This document shows positions 39,993 to 51,924 of a DNA stretch of 64,000 nucleotides, piece after piece. The number at the start of each line of letters is the position of its first letter. The first letter of the stretch is position 1. The position numbers and the translations under genes are program-made. Origin of the DNA: Octopus vulgaris (Eukaryota). The stretch is from positions 94,302,001-94,366,000 of the forward strand of contig OX597815.1 in assembly GCA_951406725.2 (NCBI GenBank), written 5' to 3'. The notes beneath the pieces are model-generated. The model saw only the letters and a program-made list of their open reading frames with translations. It was not told the origin of the DNA and made no database searches.

Positions 39993-40061
39993 CACTTCGT
40001 AGTGCTCAAGAGATTTGAACTTGAGCAGGTAGAGGAATAGATGTAAGGACAAGCAAATCGT

Positions 40062-41768
40062 TATACAAAAATTATTAAATACAATTAGTAAAAAAATGTA
40101 CTTATGTATAGATATAAAAAAGTCCGTCTTGCACGGAATGGAAATGATATCGGGAATTAAGGGGGTTGAGTAGGAGTTTTATGAGTCGAGCAGTTGTTTC
40201 TGGGGGTTTGGTGACACAAAATAATGCTTGCAACTTAATTCCGTCATCGGATACCACCAGCCTCCGTCTACAGGGAAGAATCTTAAATTCGAGGTGTTGA
40301 CAGAATGGAGATTAAATCTGGAATGATTTTGTGGAGAACTAAGTGCATTAGAAAGAGGACTTGGAGTGTCTTTAGATAGAGAGTAGTGGGAGGAGAAAAT
40401 AGATTTTGGGGTTAGGGTTAATGATGAGGCTAGTGATAATAATAGAGGTAGAAAGTGTGAGGAAGGGGGAAGGGTGGTTTCGGTAGCATGTGAAAGATGA
40501 CCTTTGTGCTTGTATGAAGGCTATAGAATTAAAGGTTGAGATAGAGAAGCGGGGATGGCTATTATTTGAGGGAAATGAGTTTTAAGCTTAGTGTTGGGAA
40601 TATAGTAGATGTTTTCGCGGAAGCCGCTTATTTGGAGGGCCTGATTATAGTAAGGGGCATGAGTGTTAAAAATGTCTTCATTAGCAAATAAGCTAGAGAT
40701 TCTGATATATATGTCTATGACTACGCTAGTAAGGGTAAGTTTAAGGTGATTAGAGAGGACATTTATGTATTGTAAAGATTGGTTTTGTTTATAGAAAGGG
40801 TGGTATAAATTTGTGTGTAAGTCGAGAGTAACGTCTAAGAAATTGGCTACCTTAGGGTCAATTTCGAATGAAATACTTAGATTATAGTTTTTAAAAAATA
40901 GGGCTTTCTTAGTTCGTTCCTCTGACGGTCGAGATTATCTAATTGTTGAAAACAGTGCGTCATCCCTGTATAGTCCGCTGGATAGGTTGGGGAAGTATTG
41001 TTTAATTTAAGTAACCTGGGATGAGTCCAATGCACTCATGGTTATATCGAAGTAATCCGCAAATGAGTTGCGGGTTAAATTATTATCCTTAACGTGAATT
41101 AGAGTCTTCCTCGCAGCCAGGATAATATTGATGTCCGATCGGGAGATGGGAGCATATTTTCGGGCGAAGATTAAGATTTTATTTAAAAGAACTGATGATA
41201 TTTATGAATAATAATTTGAGATGTCAAACTGAAGGAAATGGGCGTGTTGTTTATCATGAAGAGAGTGAAACCAAATGCAATTCCAAAGTGAAAGCTTATA
41301 GTTAGTTCGAACAAGTGGTAGAATACGATCAATGATGCATGCATTTACTAATTCGACCTAAGTCGGATTACTTAATAGATTCTCTGATGTTATTTATTCT
41401 TGTAAACACAGGTACTACGCATCTTTCACGCACTTTGCCAAATCTATATAATCCCATTATAAGTTTCCATTTCCCCAAAAATTTTAAACCAAGACACGCA
41501 AAAAATCCACAAAATCATTTAATCTCCATTCTGTCAACACTTCAAATGTAAAATTTTCTCCTGTAGACGGAGGCTGGTGGTATCCAATGATAAAATCAAG
41601 TTACAAGCATTATTTTGGATTACCAAACCCCCAGAAACAGCTGTTGGACTAGTAAAACTCCTACACAACCCTCTTAATTCCCGATATCATTTCCATTCTG
41701 TGTATGTCGGACTTTTTTTTATATGTATACATTTTTTGTATTAATTATATTTAATATTTTTTGTATAT
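40062..41768 (-). mobile_element. Penelope-like element remnant (YRDD RT) bracketed by inverted ~260-bp pLTRs
   Basis: FLQFDISNYYS, FDITMSALDSSQV and GLYRDDAL on the minus strand. 40062-40325 is the diverged reverse complement of 41512-41768. Confidence 0.8.
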
Positions 41769-41857
41769 CGACTTTGCTTAACTTGCTTACCCTTACATTT
41801 ATTCCTATATATACATACATGTATGTATGTATGTATGTATGTATGTATGTATGTATG

Positions 41858-41888
<31 letters not shown>

Positions 41889-41890
41889 TC

Positions 41891-42284
41891 GAATTTTGAA
41901 TCAAAAGCGGCTCCTATGACGTAAACATTATCGATGTCACATACTGTATGTGTTTTGTTTGATCGCTCATTATTTAAGGGATAGCGTCATTATTTACGGG
42001 TATGCTAAGAAATACTGAATACATCGAACCAGGCGAAACAACTCACCCTGCAAGTGATCGAGAACGATGGATATTGATATTTTGCTGTATTTGCAGTTCG
42101 TCGACATCGAGCAATCAAGTCAACTAGTCTGGTTTGAGATATTCTGTGTCTTTTAACACTCGACGTCATAAAGAGATTTTACCCTCCGACGCTAATCCGC
42201 AGCTAATGAGCGTCTAAATAAAACACATACAGTACGTCACATCGATAATGTTTACATTATCAGACCTGCTTATAATTCAAAAAT
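41891..42284. mobile_element. MITE/foldback-like element with ~85-bp imperfect TIRs
   Basis: gtaaacattatcgatgt.ac.tactgtatgtgtttt.ttt and its reverse complement at 42205-42284. Confidence 0.65.
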
Positions 42285-43022
42285 TAGTTTTGTTTCACTT
42301 GTGCGGCGCTTTTGCACAGTAGTAGATAGATCCTACCCTATTTGCTTTTATACTTTAGACCAGCGATTGCATTTCGTTCCATTCGATTGCAGGATGCCGA
42401 CGAGCGGCAAATGCAGCGAAATATCGATATTCATCGTATTCAGTGAGTTGCCCACCTGGTTTCAGGTATTCAGTGTTTTTTAACACTCGGCCTCTTAAAG
42501 GGACTTTTCCCTCTGATGCTATTCCGCTGCTAACCAGCGCCTCAACAAAACATACAATAAGAATGTGACACTGATAAGGCTTATACATATTCCTATACAT
42601 GCACACACAAGCGCGCACGCAGACACACAGACACACACACACACGCGCACACACATGCACGCACACGCACGCACCCACACACACGCGCGGGAACACATAA
42701 GTACATGCGCGCGCAAACACTCACACATTTATAAGAAGTACACTCTAACATTTGAATCCCTTCCTCGCTTCTTCCACATGGTTATAACCTTGAACAGAGG
42801 TTCATAATGATGTCTACCTTGGATGAACATGTACAGCAGCTGAACCAAATAAATGCATCAATGGTCATTAGGAGACTTATCCAGCAGGAACACGTGTCCG
42901 AAAGGAAATGAATTTGAATTTAAGGAGAATAATACTGAAATAAACAAATTCTGAAAATATATAATTCTCTATTCTTCATTATGATGATATGATTATATAT
43001 ATATATTATGTACACACACACG

Positions 43023-43105
<83 letters not shown>

Positions 43106-43873
43106 AACATACACACAGAGAGAAGGGAGGAATGTAGAGACATTGATTATGAATAACAGTAATATAGTTGAAGGTATATGCAGTCAAGAGAATGTTCTTC
43201 ATACGGAATACAAAGTCCGTTGCTTATACTTTGCCTCGGATCTTCAACTTCTCATGAAATTATAAGGATGCTATCGTTGCATACAGAGTGTATTGGTCAT
43301 CTAATCCTGGCGGAATCACTACCTCCTTACGGTTGTGTAAAAATTATCAACACAAGAACCGGTGTAATAAATTTGAAAGCTTGACAAAATTGACGTTGAC
43401 GTGATTTGAATTCAGAGGGCAAATTACCAAAACTAATACCGCAACACACTCTATCCAAAGATCTAACAACTCTGCCAATTCACCGCCGCTGCTTATATAA
43501 GATAGTTGATACGAAAAGTTTCAAAACCAGAAGAATTTTTGTAACATGAAGTCATTGAAATATATTGCGTAGATCGAGTTATACATCGCAACCAAGAAGA
43601 TAATCATTCAATGTCTAGTGGTAACAAGATATATGTCGTTTGATTAAGAAGATAGCAAAGGAGCGCACAGAAACACAAAGAAGTAGATATACGCATATGC
43701 ACATACACGGCCATATGCATACAGACGAACATACATATATCATATACAAACATATATCTCTGATATCTAGCAGCTCTTCTTTCTAAGTTCTTATATGTCA
43801 ATAAAACTCAATACATACATACATACATATATACCTATTAATGTATGTATGCTAGCATGCATATGTACATACA

Positions 43874-43939
<66 letters not shown>

Positions 43940-44150
43940 CATACATACAAGTGGAAACACGTACATATATATATATATATATAAATAAATATATATGCCT
44001 TCGTGTACATGCTAAAGTGCCTACCACCTACCTACTTACCTACACACATCTATCTACTAAGGTGCGTATGTGTGAGTTAATTTATGTGATAAGATATTCC
44101 AGACTTCCAACATAAAGTTGCATTGAGCATTTTTATGTCTTTACGCTACA

Positions 44151-44194
<44 letters not shown>

Positions 44195-44205
44195 ACATTT
44201 ACACA

Positions 44206-44279
<74 letters not shown>

Positions 44280-44498
44280 AATTCTTTTATAATGCTTTTG
44301 TTGTTTACATCATTCAGGTATTGGGCAGTGGCCATACTGGAGCAGCATCTTCATTACATTAGTGAATTATATCGACTCCAGTATTTATTACACATGGGCA
44401 CCTATTTTAACGAATTCTGCTTGCCGAATTGTGAACCTACGGGACATAGATTGACACGCACATAAACAATACCGGCTTTTAGATCATAAAGATAAACG

Positions 44499-44543
<45 letters not shown>

Positions 44544-44880
44544 ACACTCACACACACGCGCACACACGCGCACACACGCACACACACACACACACACGCG
44601 CGCACACACACGCGCGCACACACACGCGCGCACACACACGCACACACACACACACGCACACACGCACACGCGCGCGCGCGCACACACACAGACACACTAT
44701 GTCTGTCTTTCTTTATCTCTCTTTATCACTCTGTCTCTCGCTCTCTCGCTCTCTCGCTCTCGTTCACTCTTTTGTTCTGTCTTCTTGTTGCTCACTCTTT
44801 CAGACATATGTATATATATATACATACATACATACATACATACATACATACATACATACATACATACATACATACATACA

Positions 44881-44914
<34 letters not shown>

Positions 44915-45529
44915 GATAGATATATGTTTATTTATTTATTGTGGTTGTCGACTCGTTATCAAACATGAACTACTTTTGTGCTAGATTTACAGTTGTATTG
45001 CCTCCTAGGCATAGGGTCCCATGCAGCCAAAGACACAACATACAACAGCATAGCAAGTTAAAGATTCCACAGTGTAAGACACCGACGGGGCTTCACCTAA
45101 GAATACGGTCGACCGGTGAATCGTGACTGCTGCAACCCTACTATATAGTATGTACGCTCACGAGCGGGGAACCTACGGAAATGGCGCTATGTCATTCCTT
45201 TGTTAGAAACCAGCACATTCCTTCTAGGAAGAATTCCATTAAATACAAAGTTACGGTAAACATATATACGTAAATACACACATACATACATACATACATA
45301 CATACATACATACATACATACATACATACATACATACATGCGTGTATAATATATATAGACATATGCATACATACGCATGCATACATACATGCATACATAC
45401 GCGCATACATACAAGCATACACACAAGCATACATATATATATATACATACATACATACATATATACATGCATATATACATGCTTATATTCATAATACATA
45501 TACATACATGCACATATATACATAAATAT

Positions 45530-45980
45530 CTACCTACATACATACATACATACCTACCTACCTACCTACCTACCTACCTACCTACCTACCTACCTACCTA
45601 CCTACCTACCTACCTACCAACCAACCAATCAACCAACGTACCTACCTACCTACCTACCTACCTACCTACCTACCTACCTACCTACCTACCTACCTACCTA
45701 CCTACCTACCTACCTACCTACCTACCAACCAATCTACCTACTTACCTACCTACCTACCAACCAATCAACCAACCTACCTACCTACCTACCTACCTACCTA
45801 CCTACCTACCTACCTACCTACCTACCTACCTACCTACCTACTTACCTACCTACCTACCTACCTACCTACCTACCTACCTACCTACCTACCTACCTTACAT
45901 ACCTACTTACCTACTTACCTACCTTCCTACCTACCTCCATACCTCCCTATCTACCTATCTACCGACCTACTTACCTACCT
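45530..45980. repeat. Long (CCTA)n microsatellite with (CCAA) interruptions
   Basis: Direct reading. Confidence 0.95.
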
Positions 45981-46065
45981 ACATATATACATACATTGCA
46001 CAGGCACATACATATACACACATCCATCCATCCATCCATTCATCCATCATACATACGTACATACA

Positions 46066-46097
<32 letters not shown>

Positions 46098-46254
46098 CAT
46101 ACATAAATATTTTATGGTTATTTTCATTAGACTAGACATTTATTAATGTTCTCAGAGTGCTCTCTGCACGGAAACGCATCATCAGTGTATTTTGCAATTG
46201 TTTTCTATACACACACGCACGGACGCACGCATGCACGCACGCACGCACGCACGG

Positions 46255-46298
<44 letters not shown>

Positions 46299-46841
46299 CT
46301 ATTAATGTATTTACATATATAAATGCGTGTGTAAGTACATGCACGTGTATGTGTTTGTCTGCGTATGTGTTTGTTTATTTTTATGCTCAGTTATAATAAA
46401 AACAACTTTCCATTAATCTAATGGGTTACTCTATACTTTTGTAGAGCACAGATTTATTATTCTTAAACAAAAATATTATCGACAGAGACTTCGAAGTTTT
46501 GACCAGCGAAGCCGTTGTCGGACTGTGATGCATTGAAGTTAATCTTGGCTATATGCAGCTTCTACTGAATTAAAATATTTGAACTTCACAGAGACTATAT
46601 AAAACCAAGGTTAACTTGAATTCATCGCAGTCCGACGATGAGGTTTAACTGCCTGAAACTTCCAAGACATTGTCAATAATAATCATTAAAAAAAATAATA
46701 TATGTGTATGTATGTCTATCATTCTGTATGTAGGTTTGTTGTTTGTTTGCTTGTATGTATGTATGTATGTATGTATGTATGTATGTATGTATGTATGTAT
46801 GTATGTATGTATGTATGTATGTATGTATATATGTATGTAAG

Positions 46842-46913
<72 letters not shown>

Positions 46914-47296
46914 TATGAGCAAATTAGCTAGTTAGAAAATCAGTATAAGAATGAAAACTGTAACTTTACTGAGAAGCAATTTTTATCACCACTTAAACAT
47001 GGCTGTTCCGTAGGAACCGACGTTACTGCCATTTTAACCACAGGAGGATGCTTCTTCCAGCTGGTTCTTAGATGCAATCTGCACCCGATAAATATTGCAA
47101 GCAGGAGAATGAAGCCCTACCGTCTTCTAGCCACGAGACTACCAGAGCGTACGGTTTCGACCTCTTTGTGGTCATCCTCGGTGGTGGATACTCGTCCCCC
47201 AGAGACAGCAGTAGTTCACTCCAGTTCGCAATATATACAAAAATATGATGCACAGTCATTGATCTTGCAACAAGCAAATTAGCTAGTTAGAAAACC

Positions 47297-47720
47297 ACTC
47301 TACATAAAGAGCAAATCCATTTTCCACAATACAGGAAAATTTCTCTCAGTGAACATATAGAAAAATGTGCAGATAACATCACACCAAATTTCACAGTTTT
47401 TCCCTTCTACCAGTGCAAAGACATAATTTCTCCACAAGAACGTTTAAATAAAGAAACTTTTTTCATCGAAAAATACCGAACACATCTTAATATGCACGTA
47501 TAAACAGCTTTTATCTTTTTACATATTTCAAATCACGATACATCACTGTACATAAATACCCTCACTAAACAAGTTTTTTGAAGCTTTTTTGTGTGTATAT
47601 ATATTCCCCTCCCCTTACCGAAAGTTGAACAGTTATCTCCCTTGCTCACAACAATAACAATAATAACGATAACGAATTACTTCCCCTTACTTTTCTATTT
47701 GTGAAGTCATTCACTCGTAA
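47297..47720 (+). pseudogene. 3' end of a Penelope-like element related to 5549-7526
   Basis: LHKEQIHFPQYRKISLSEHIEKCA...FPFYQC...RLNKETFFIEKY, homologous to 7210-7400. Confidence 0.85.
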
Positions 47721-47743
47721 ATATCATCACACACAACATGGAT

Positions 47744-47843
<100 letters not shown>

Positions 47844-48227
47844 TTATTTATATATATGTATATGTATGTACTAGCAGAGATACCAGGCATTGCTCAGGTT
47901 TAAAATGGCATAGTTTTGTGTATATATTACAGTTATGTTGAAACAGGTGATACGGGAATGTGTAGCATTGACGACAAAACACTAGTGGAGTAACTAAAGA
48001 GCTAATTTGACTAAGTGACATGTCATGCGTCCGTTTGGAGTATTCCAGGTCCTAAAGTGTAATGGAAAATTGTGGATGGCGCGGTATGTTATTTTTGAAT
48101 GCACCCCAAAGCTGTTAGTAGATATAATCTCCTTTGCGGCGGTCGGTGCTGCGTCTAACACGACCCACCATCTGAAGTTTTGACACTTCCTTCGAATTTG
48201 TTGTCCTACATCACTCATAAAGTAAAT

Positions 48228-48689
48228 TTAGAGGAACTGTGGTTGTTCATTTGTAGGTAACAGGGAAGCAATGAGATGATAATCTTGCCCCTGAACTTTG
48301 AACGTCGGTGTCAATCCATGCCCACCTATCTCCTTAGATGCACCAAAATATGTCATTTGAAAAGCGGAGTTGTATTGTCTGATATTGTTCAGAAAATCCT
48401 TTGATTGGATGGAAGTGCCTTCCAGAAGATCTATAAGAGGTTGAGGAGGAGCTGATAGAGCTGGTAATCTTACCTTACCGCCTGAGCAACACATGCTATT
48501 AGTTTCATTTGGAAATTTTGAAGCTTTGCAGTAACGACAATTTGAGTTTAGCACACCAATTTGGACAAAATTATAATTTTTATAAGAATGTGATGGATCA
48601 TATCTGAAAGCACTTCCAGAAGTTGTGAAGAACGAATTTGTATGTAGTCTGTTTCTGAGAGCTGTTCTGTTGAACGTCTGTTTAATCAC
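48228..48689 (-). pseudogene. Helitron RepHel N-terminal zinc-finger region
   Basis: CRYCKASKFPNETNSMCCSGGKVRLP...FLNNIRQYNSAFQMT.FG...FKVQGQ.YHLI.SLLP. Confidence 0.85.
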
Positions 48690-48724
48690 GAAAACGTTGT
48701 TTTAATGATTCAGCATTAAGTGCT

Positions 48725-49092
48725 GTAGCATGCTTTTGCTATCTTGGGAAAGTCTCATCTCGCTTCTGCCTTCAAACTCCATTTGACGTGCTGCAGCATA
48801 CGTTTGTTGATCTTGAGAAAGCTTCATCTTGATTCTGTCTTGAGACTCCATTTTGATGTGCTGCAGCATGCGTTTGTTGATCTTGAGAAAGTCTCATCTC
48901 GCTTCTGTCTTGAGACTCCATCTGATGTACTGCTGTTTACGTTTGCTGATGTTGAGAATGTCCCATCCTCCTGCTCTCTTGACACTCCATTTGACGTGCT
49001 GCAGTAAGCATTTGCTGATCTTAGAAAGTCTCAAATCCCTTCTGTATTGAGACGCCATCTAACGTGCTGCGGAATGCCTTTGCTGATCTGGG
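48725..49092 (-). repeat. ~69-bp coding minisatellite (about 5 copies) upstream of the Helitron ORF
   Basis: Repeats translate on the minus strand as approximately HAAARQMESQDRxxMxLSQDQQT. Confidence 0.8.
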
Positions 49093-49797
49093 AAATGTTA
49101 ATTCAAGGGTAAGTTTGTAATTGTAAATTCCTTGCAACTGTTGTGATAATGTTTCACTGTTAATTGAAGGGTAAATGTGTATTTTTATATACCTTCGACA
49201 CACCACTCCGCTGTCATGGCCGTAAAGACAGAAAGTTGCCGATGTGTAATGTTGTTTACATTGGGATATGAATTATTCATTTATTTCAAACATAATAGAA
49301 ATAAGATGGTGTTGGTGTTATCAAATTAGAATTAAAAATGAAATAATAAAAGTGAAACAATATTATATGACATTACAATATAGATCTTATTCTTTCACTT
49401 TTGACACGTAACACCGAACCAGTGCCAATATTATATTGTTTCAATCCAACTGAAAAAAAAATACATGTTGACACTGACGGGATCTGATACTAGTACCTTA
49501 TAAAATTTTATTTGATTTAGTCGAGCCGTTTGAGAATACATAGAATGCATAGAGAACAGATAGACAGAGAAACAAAGAATTATATATATATATATATATA
49601 TATATGCAGCACGGACTTTGTCAGTGAACAGGTCGCGGATTTTAGCGACGAAAATATCTTGACAAATTAAACTTAAATGTTGAAGTGAATCGAACGGCTT
49701 TTGTGTGTTTCTTAAATGGCTTATAAACACCTTGCACGCTGCAATCGTTTCAGCACACGATCTCAGATCAAATTACTTGCTATGCGAGTTCATCTCC

Positions 49798-49871
<74 letters not shown>

Positions 49872-50601
49872 CACGTACATACATATTTCTCTGTCTATCT
49901 CTGCTTATACGTCATGCAAATACATCATCGATGTATGTGACAAATGTTCATTACACGCACACTTACACAGAGAAACACGCTCACTTACGCATACACACAC
50001 GCACACATGCATATATACCTTCACTCGCACACATATACTCGTATATGTTACAATGATAAACCTCGTGCACTTATGACGCACGTGTTTCAATGAGTGTGTT
50101 AAAAATTGTTTGATTACGTACGGTGTGTTTATGTATGTACATGTTTATGTATACGTGTTTGTGGGTAATAGACAGACAGAAAGAGAAAGAGAGAGAGAGA
50201 GAGAGAGGAGGAGGAGGAGGAAGTGGAAAGAGAGAGGAAGGGAGAGAGCGGCTGTGTGACAATGTATGTTTTTGACAAGCAATGTTATGTAGATCAGCCA
50301 TATTTAATTGGTCAATCTGAAAGACGAAGCCAAACACCGAAAAATTGGTCAACAGAAGTCCGGAAGATATTTTCAGGAAATTGTAGGAGCTATTTCTATT
50401 GAGACTGATCATATCTAATCTAGTTCATCTCCTATTGATGTAAAAAACTTATTACTTTGCATGTTTGTTTATATGTATGCGCGCCCGCACGTGTGTATGT
50501 ATACATATATATGTGTGTTTCCCCAATAAAATATTTCCTACCTTATACATACATACATACATGCATACATACATACATACATACATACATACATACATAC
50601 A

Positions 50602-50682
<81 letters not shown>

Positions 50683-50685
<3 letters not shown>

Positions 50686-51277
50686 AATTAGTAAATAAAT
50701 GGCACAACTAAGTACCGATATTTACTGGAAATAGCGAACGTAAAAATACGACGCTAATGTGTAGCTTCACCGCGTATGTATTAGCAAAAATGCGTGTGTG
50801 CAACAAAATAGAGAAAAAAACCGTCTTACCTCCAGGGAGAGCATCTGAAAGAGGAAACACCCGGAAAATGGATAATGTGGTACCTGCAGGTTTCAGGTTT
50901 TGCAAGATATGTCTCTCACCCATATTTTGCTTTACCTTCTTCAGCCAAACATATACCAAGACGAAATCTACGATGTTACCACATTAATACTAACACACTC
51001 GACTGAAATACGGAACGCTAACAGTACGAGAAACGGTGAAGAAGTTTCAAAATATCAGTAATGCAATACAAAGTATTGCCTTCCAGTAAAAAGTAGCCCG
51101 TGAGGGAAAAATGCACAAATTAGTAAATAAATGGCACAACTAAGTACCGATATTTACTGGAAATAGCGAACGTAAAAATACGACGCTAATGTGTAGCTTC
51201 ACCGCGTATGTATTAGCAAAAATGCGTGTGTGCAACAAAATAGAGAAAAAAAACCGTCTTACCTCCAGGGAGAGCAT
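50683..51277 (-). mobile_element. Non-coding element of 1.4 x 432-bp monomer with an intact hammerhead, inserted in (TA)n
   Basis: 50683-50844 is repeated almost exactly at 51115-51277. Hammerhead lies in the unique part. Confidence 0.88.
50878..50947 (-). ncRNA. Type I hammerhead ribozyme, canonical core, extended helix II
   Basis: tgg-CTGAAGA-aggt-aaa-gcaaaatatg/catatcttgc-aaa-acct-GAAA-cctgcagg-TA-cca. Confidence 0.88.
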
Positions 51278-51405
51278 ATATATGTTAACCTCGTGAAGGG
51301 ATAGTTGCATCCAAGGAAATACTGGTTCAATACCTAGTATTGTTGGGGAATGAAATTCCTTTAAAGCAATATTATATATATATATAGTATGTATTAAGCA
51401 CATAG

Positions 51406-51832
51406 TTTATATCCAGTTAAATGGAGAAGAGAAAATGGAGATAAGGAAGCTAACAATTATTTATTATTAACAAATTAATCATCTTCGCTTCTTGCAGCCG
51501 TTTCAATTAATGCTCAACAATTAAATTAAAATGCGTACAATAAATTTGCATTTATGTGACACGAGCATACTGTCAGCAGAGAAAAAAAATAAAGTTGTAC
51601 CTTGGGATATTAAACGTGGACCTATCAATTCATTTCAGAAGGCACATATAACATCCCAAGGTATGTCTTCTTTTTCTCTTATGAAATTATACTCATGTCA
51701 CATAAATGCAAATTTCATGAACAGAGGATTAAGTGAAACGGCTGTAAGAAGCGAAGGTGACCAATTTGTTAATAATAAATAATTATTAACTTCCTTATAT
51801 CCATTTTCTCTCCTTCTTTTAACTGGATATAT
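51406..51832. mobile_element. Inverted pair of pLTR-like arms, each with a mutated hammerhead
   Basis: 51406-51590 is the reverse complement of about 51668-51832. Cores are CTGCTGA...GAAAcggctgCA and CTTATGA...GAAAcggctgTA. Confidence 0.7.
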
Positions 51833-51879
51833 GTGTACACACACACACACATGCGCGCGCGCACACGCAGACACATCTA

Positions 51880-51921
<42 letters not shown>

Positions 51922-51924
<3 letters not shown>

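Larger units (their letters stand above)
47869..49590 (-). mobile_element. Helitron/Helentron remnant with Rep/Helicase N-terminal region
   Basis: actagcagagataccaggcattgctcagg terminus and internal Helitron-type ORF. Confidence 0.75.

Noticed and set aside
45377-46135. 252-aa YLPT-repeat ORF
   Set aside because: (CCTA)n microsatellite translation
50310-50390. Hammerhead-like fragments (agacga...cgaaa...ggtc)
   Set aside because: Core and helices too degenerate to support
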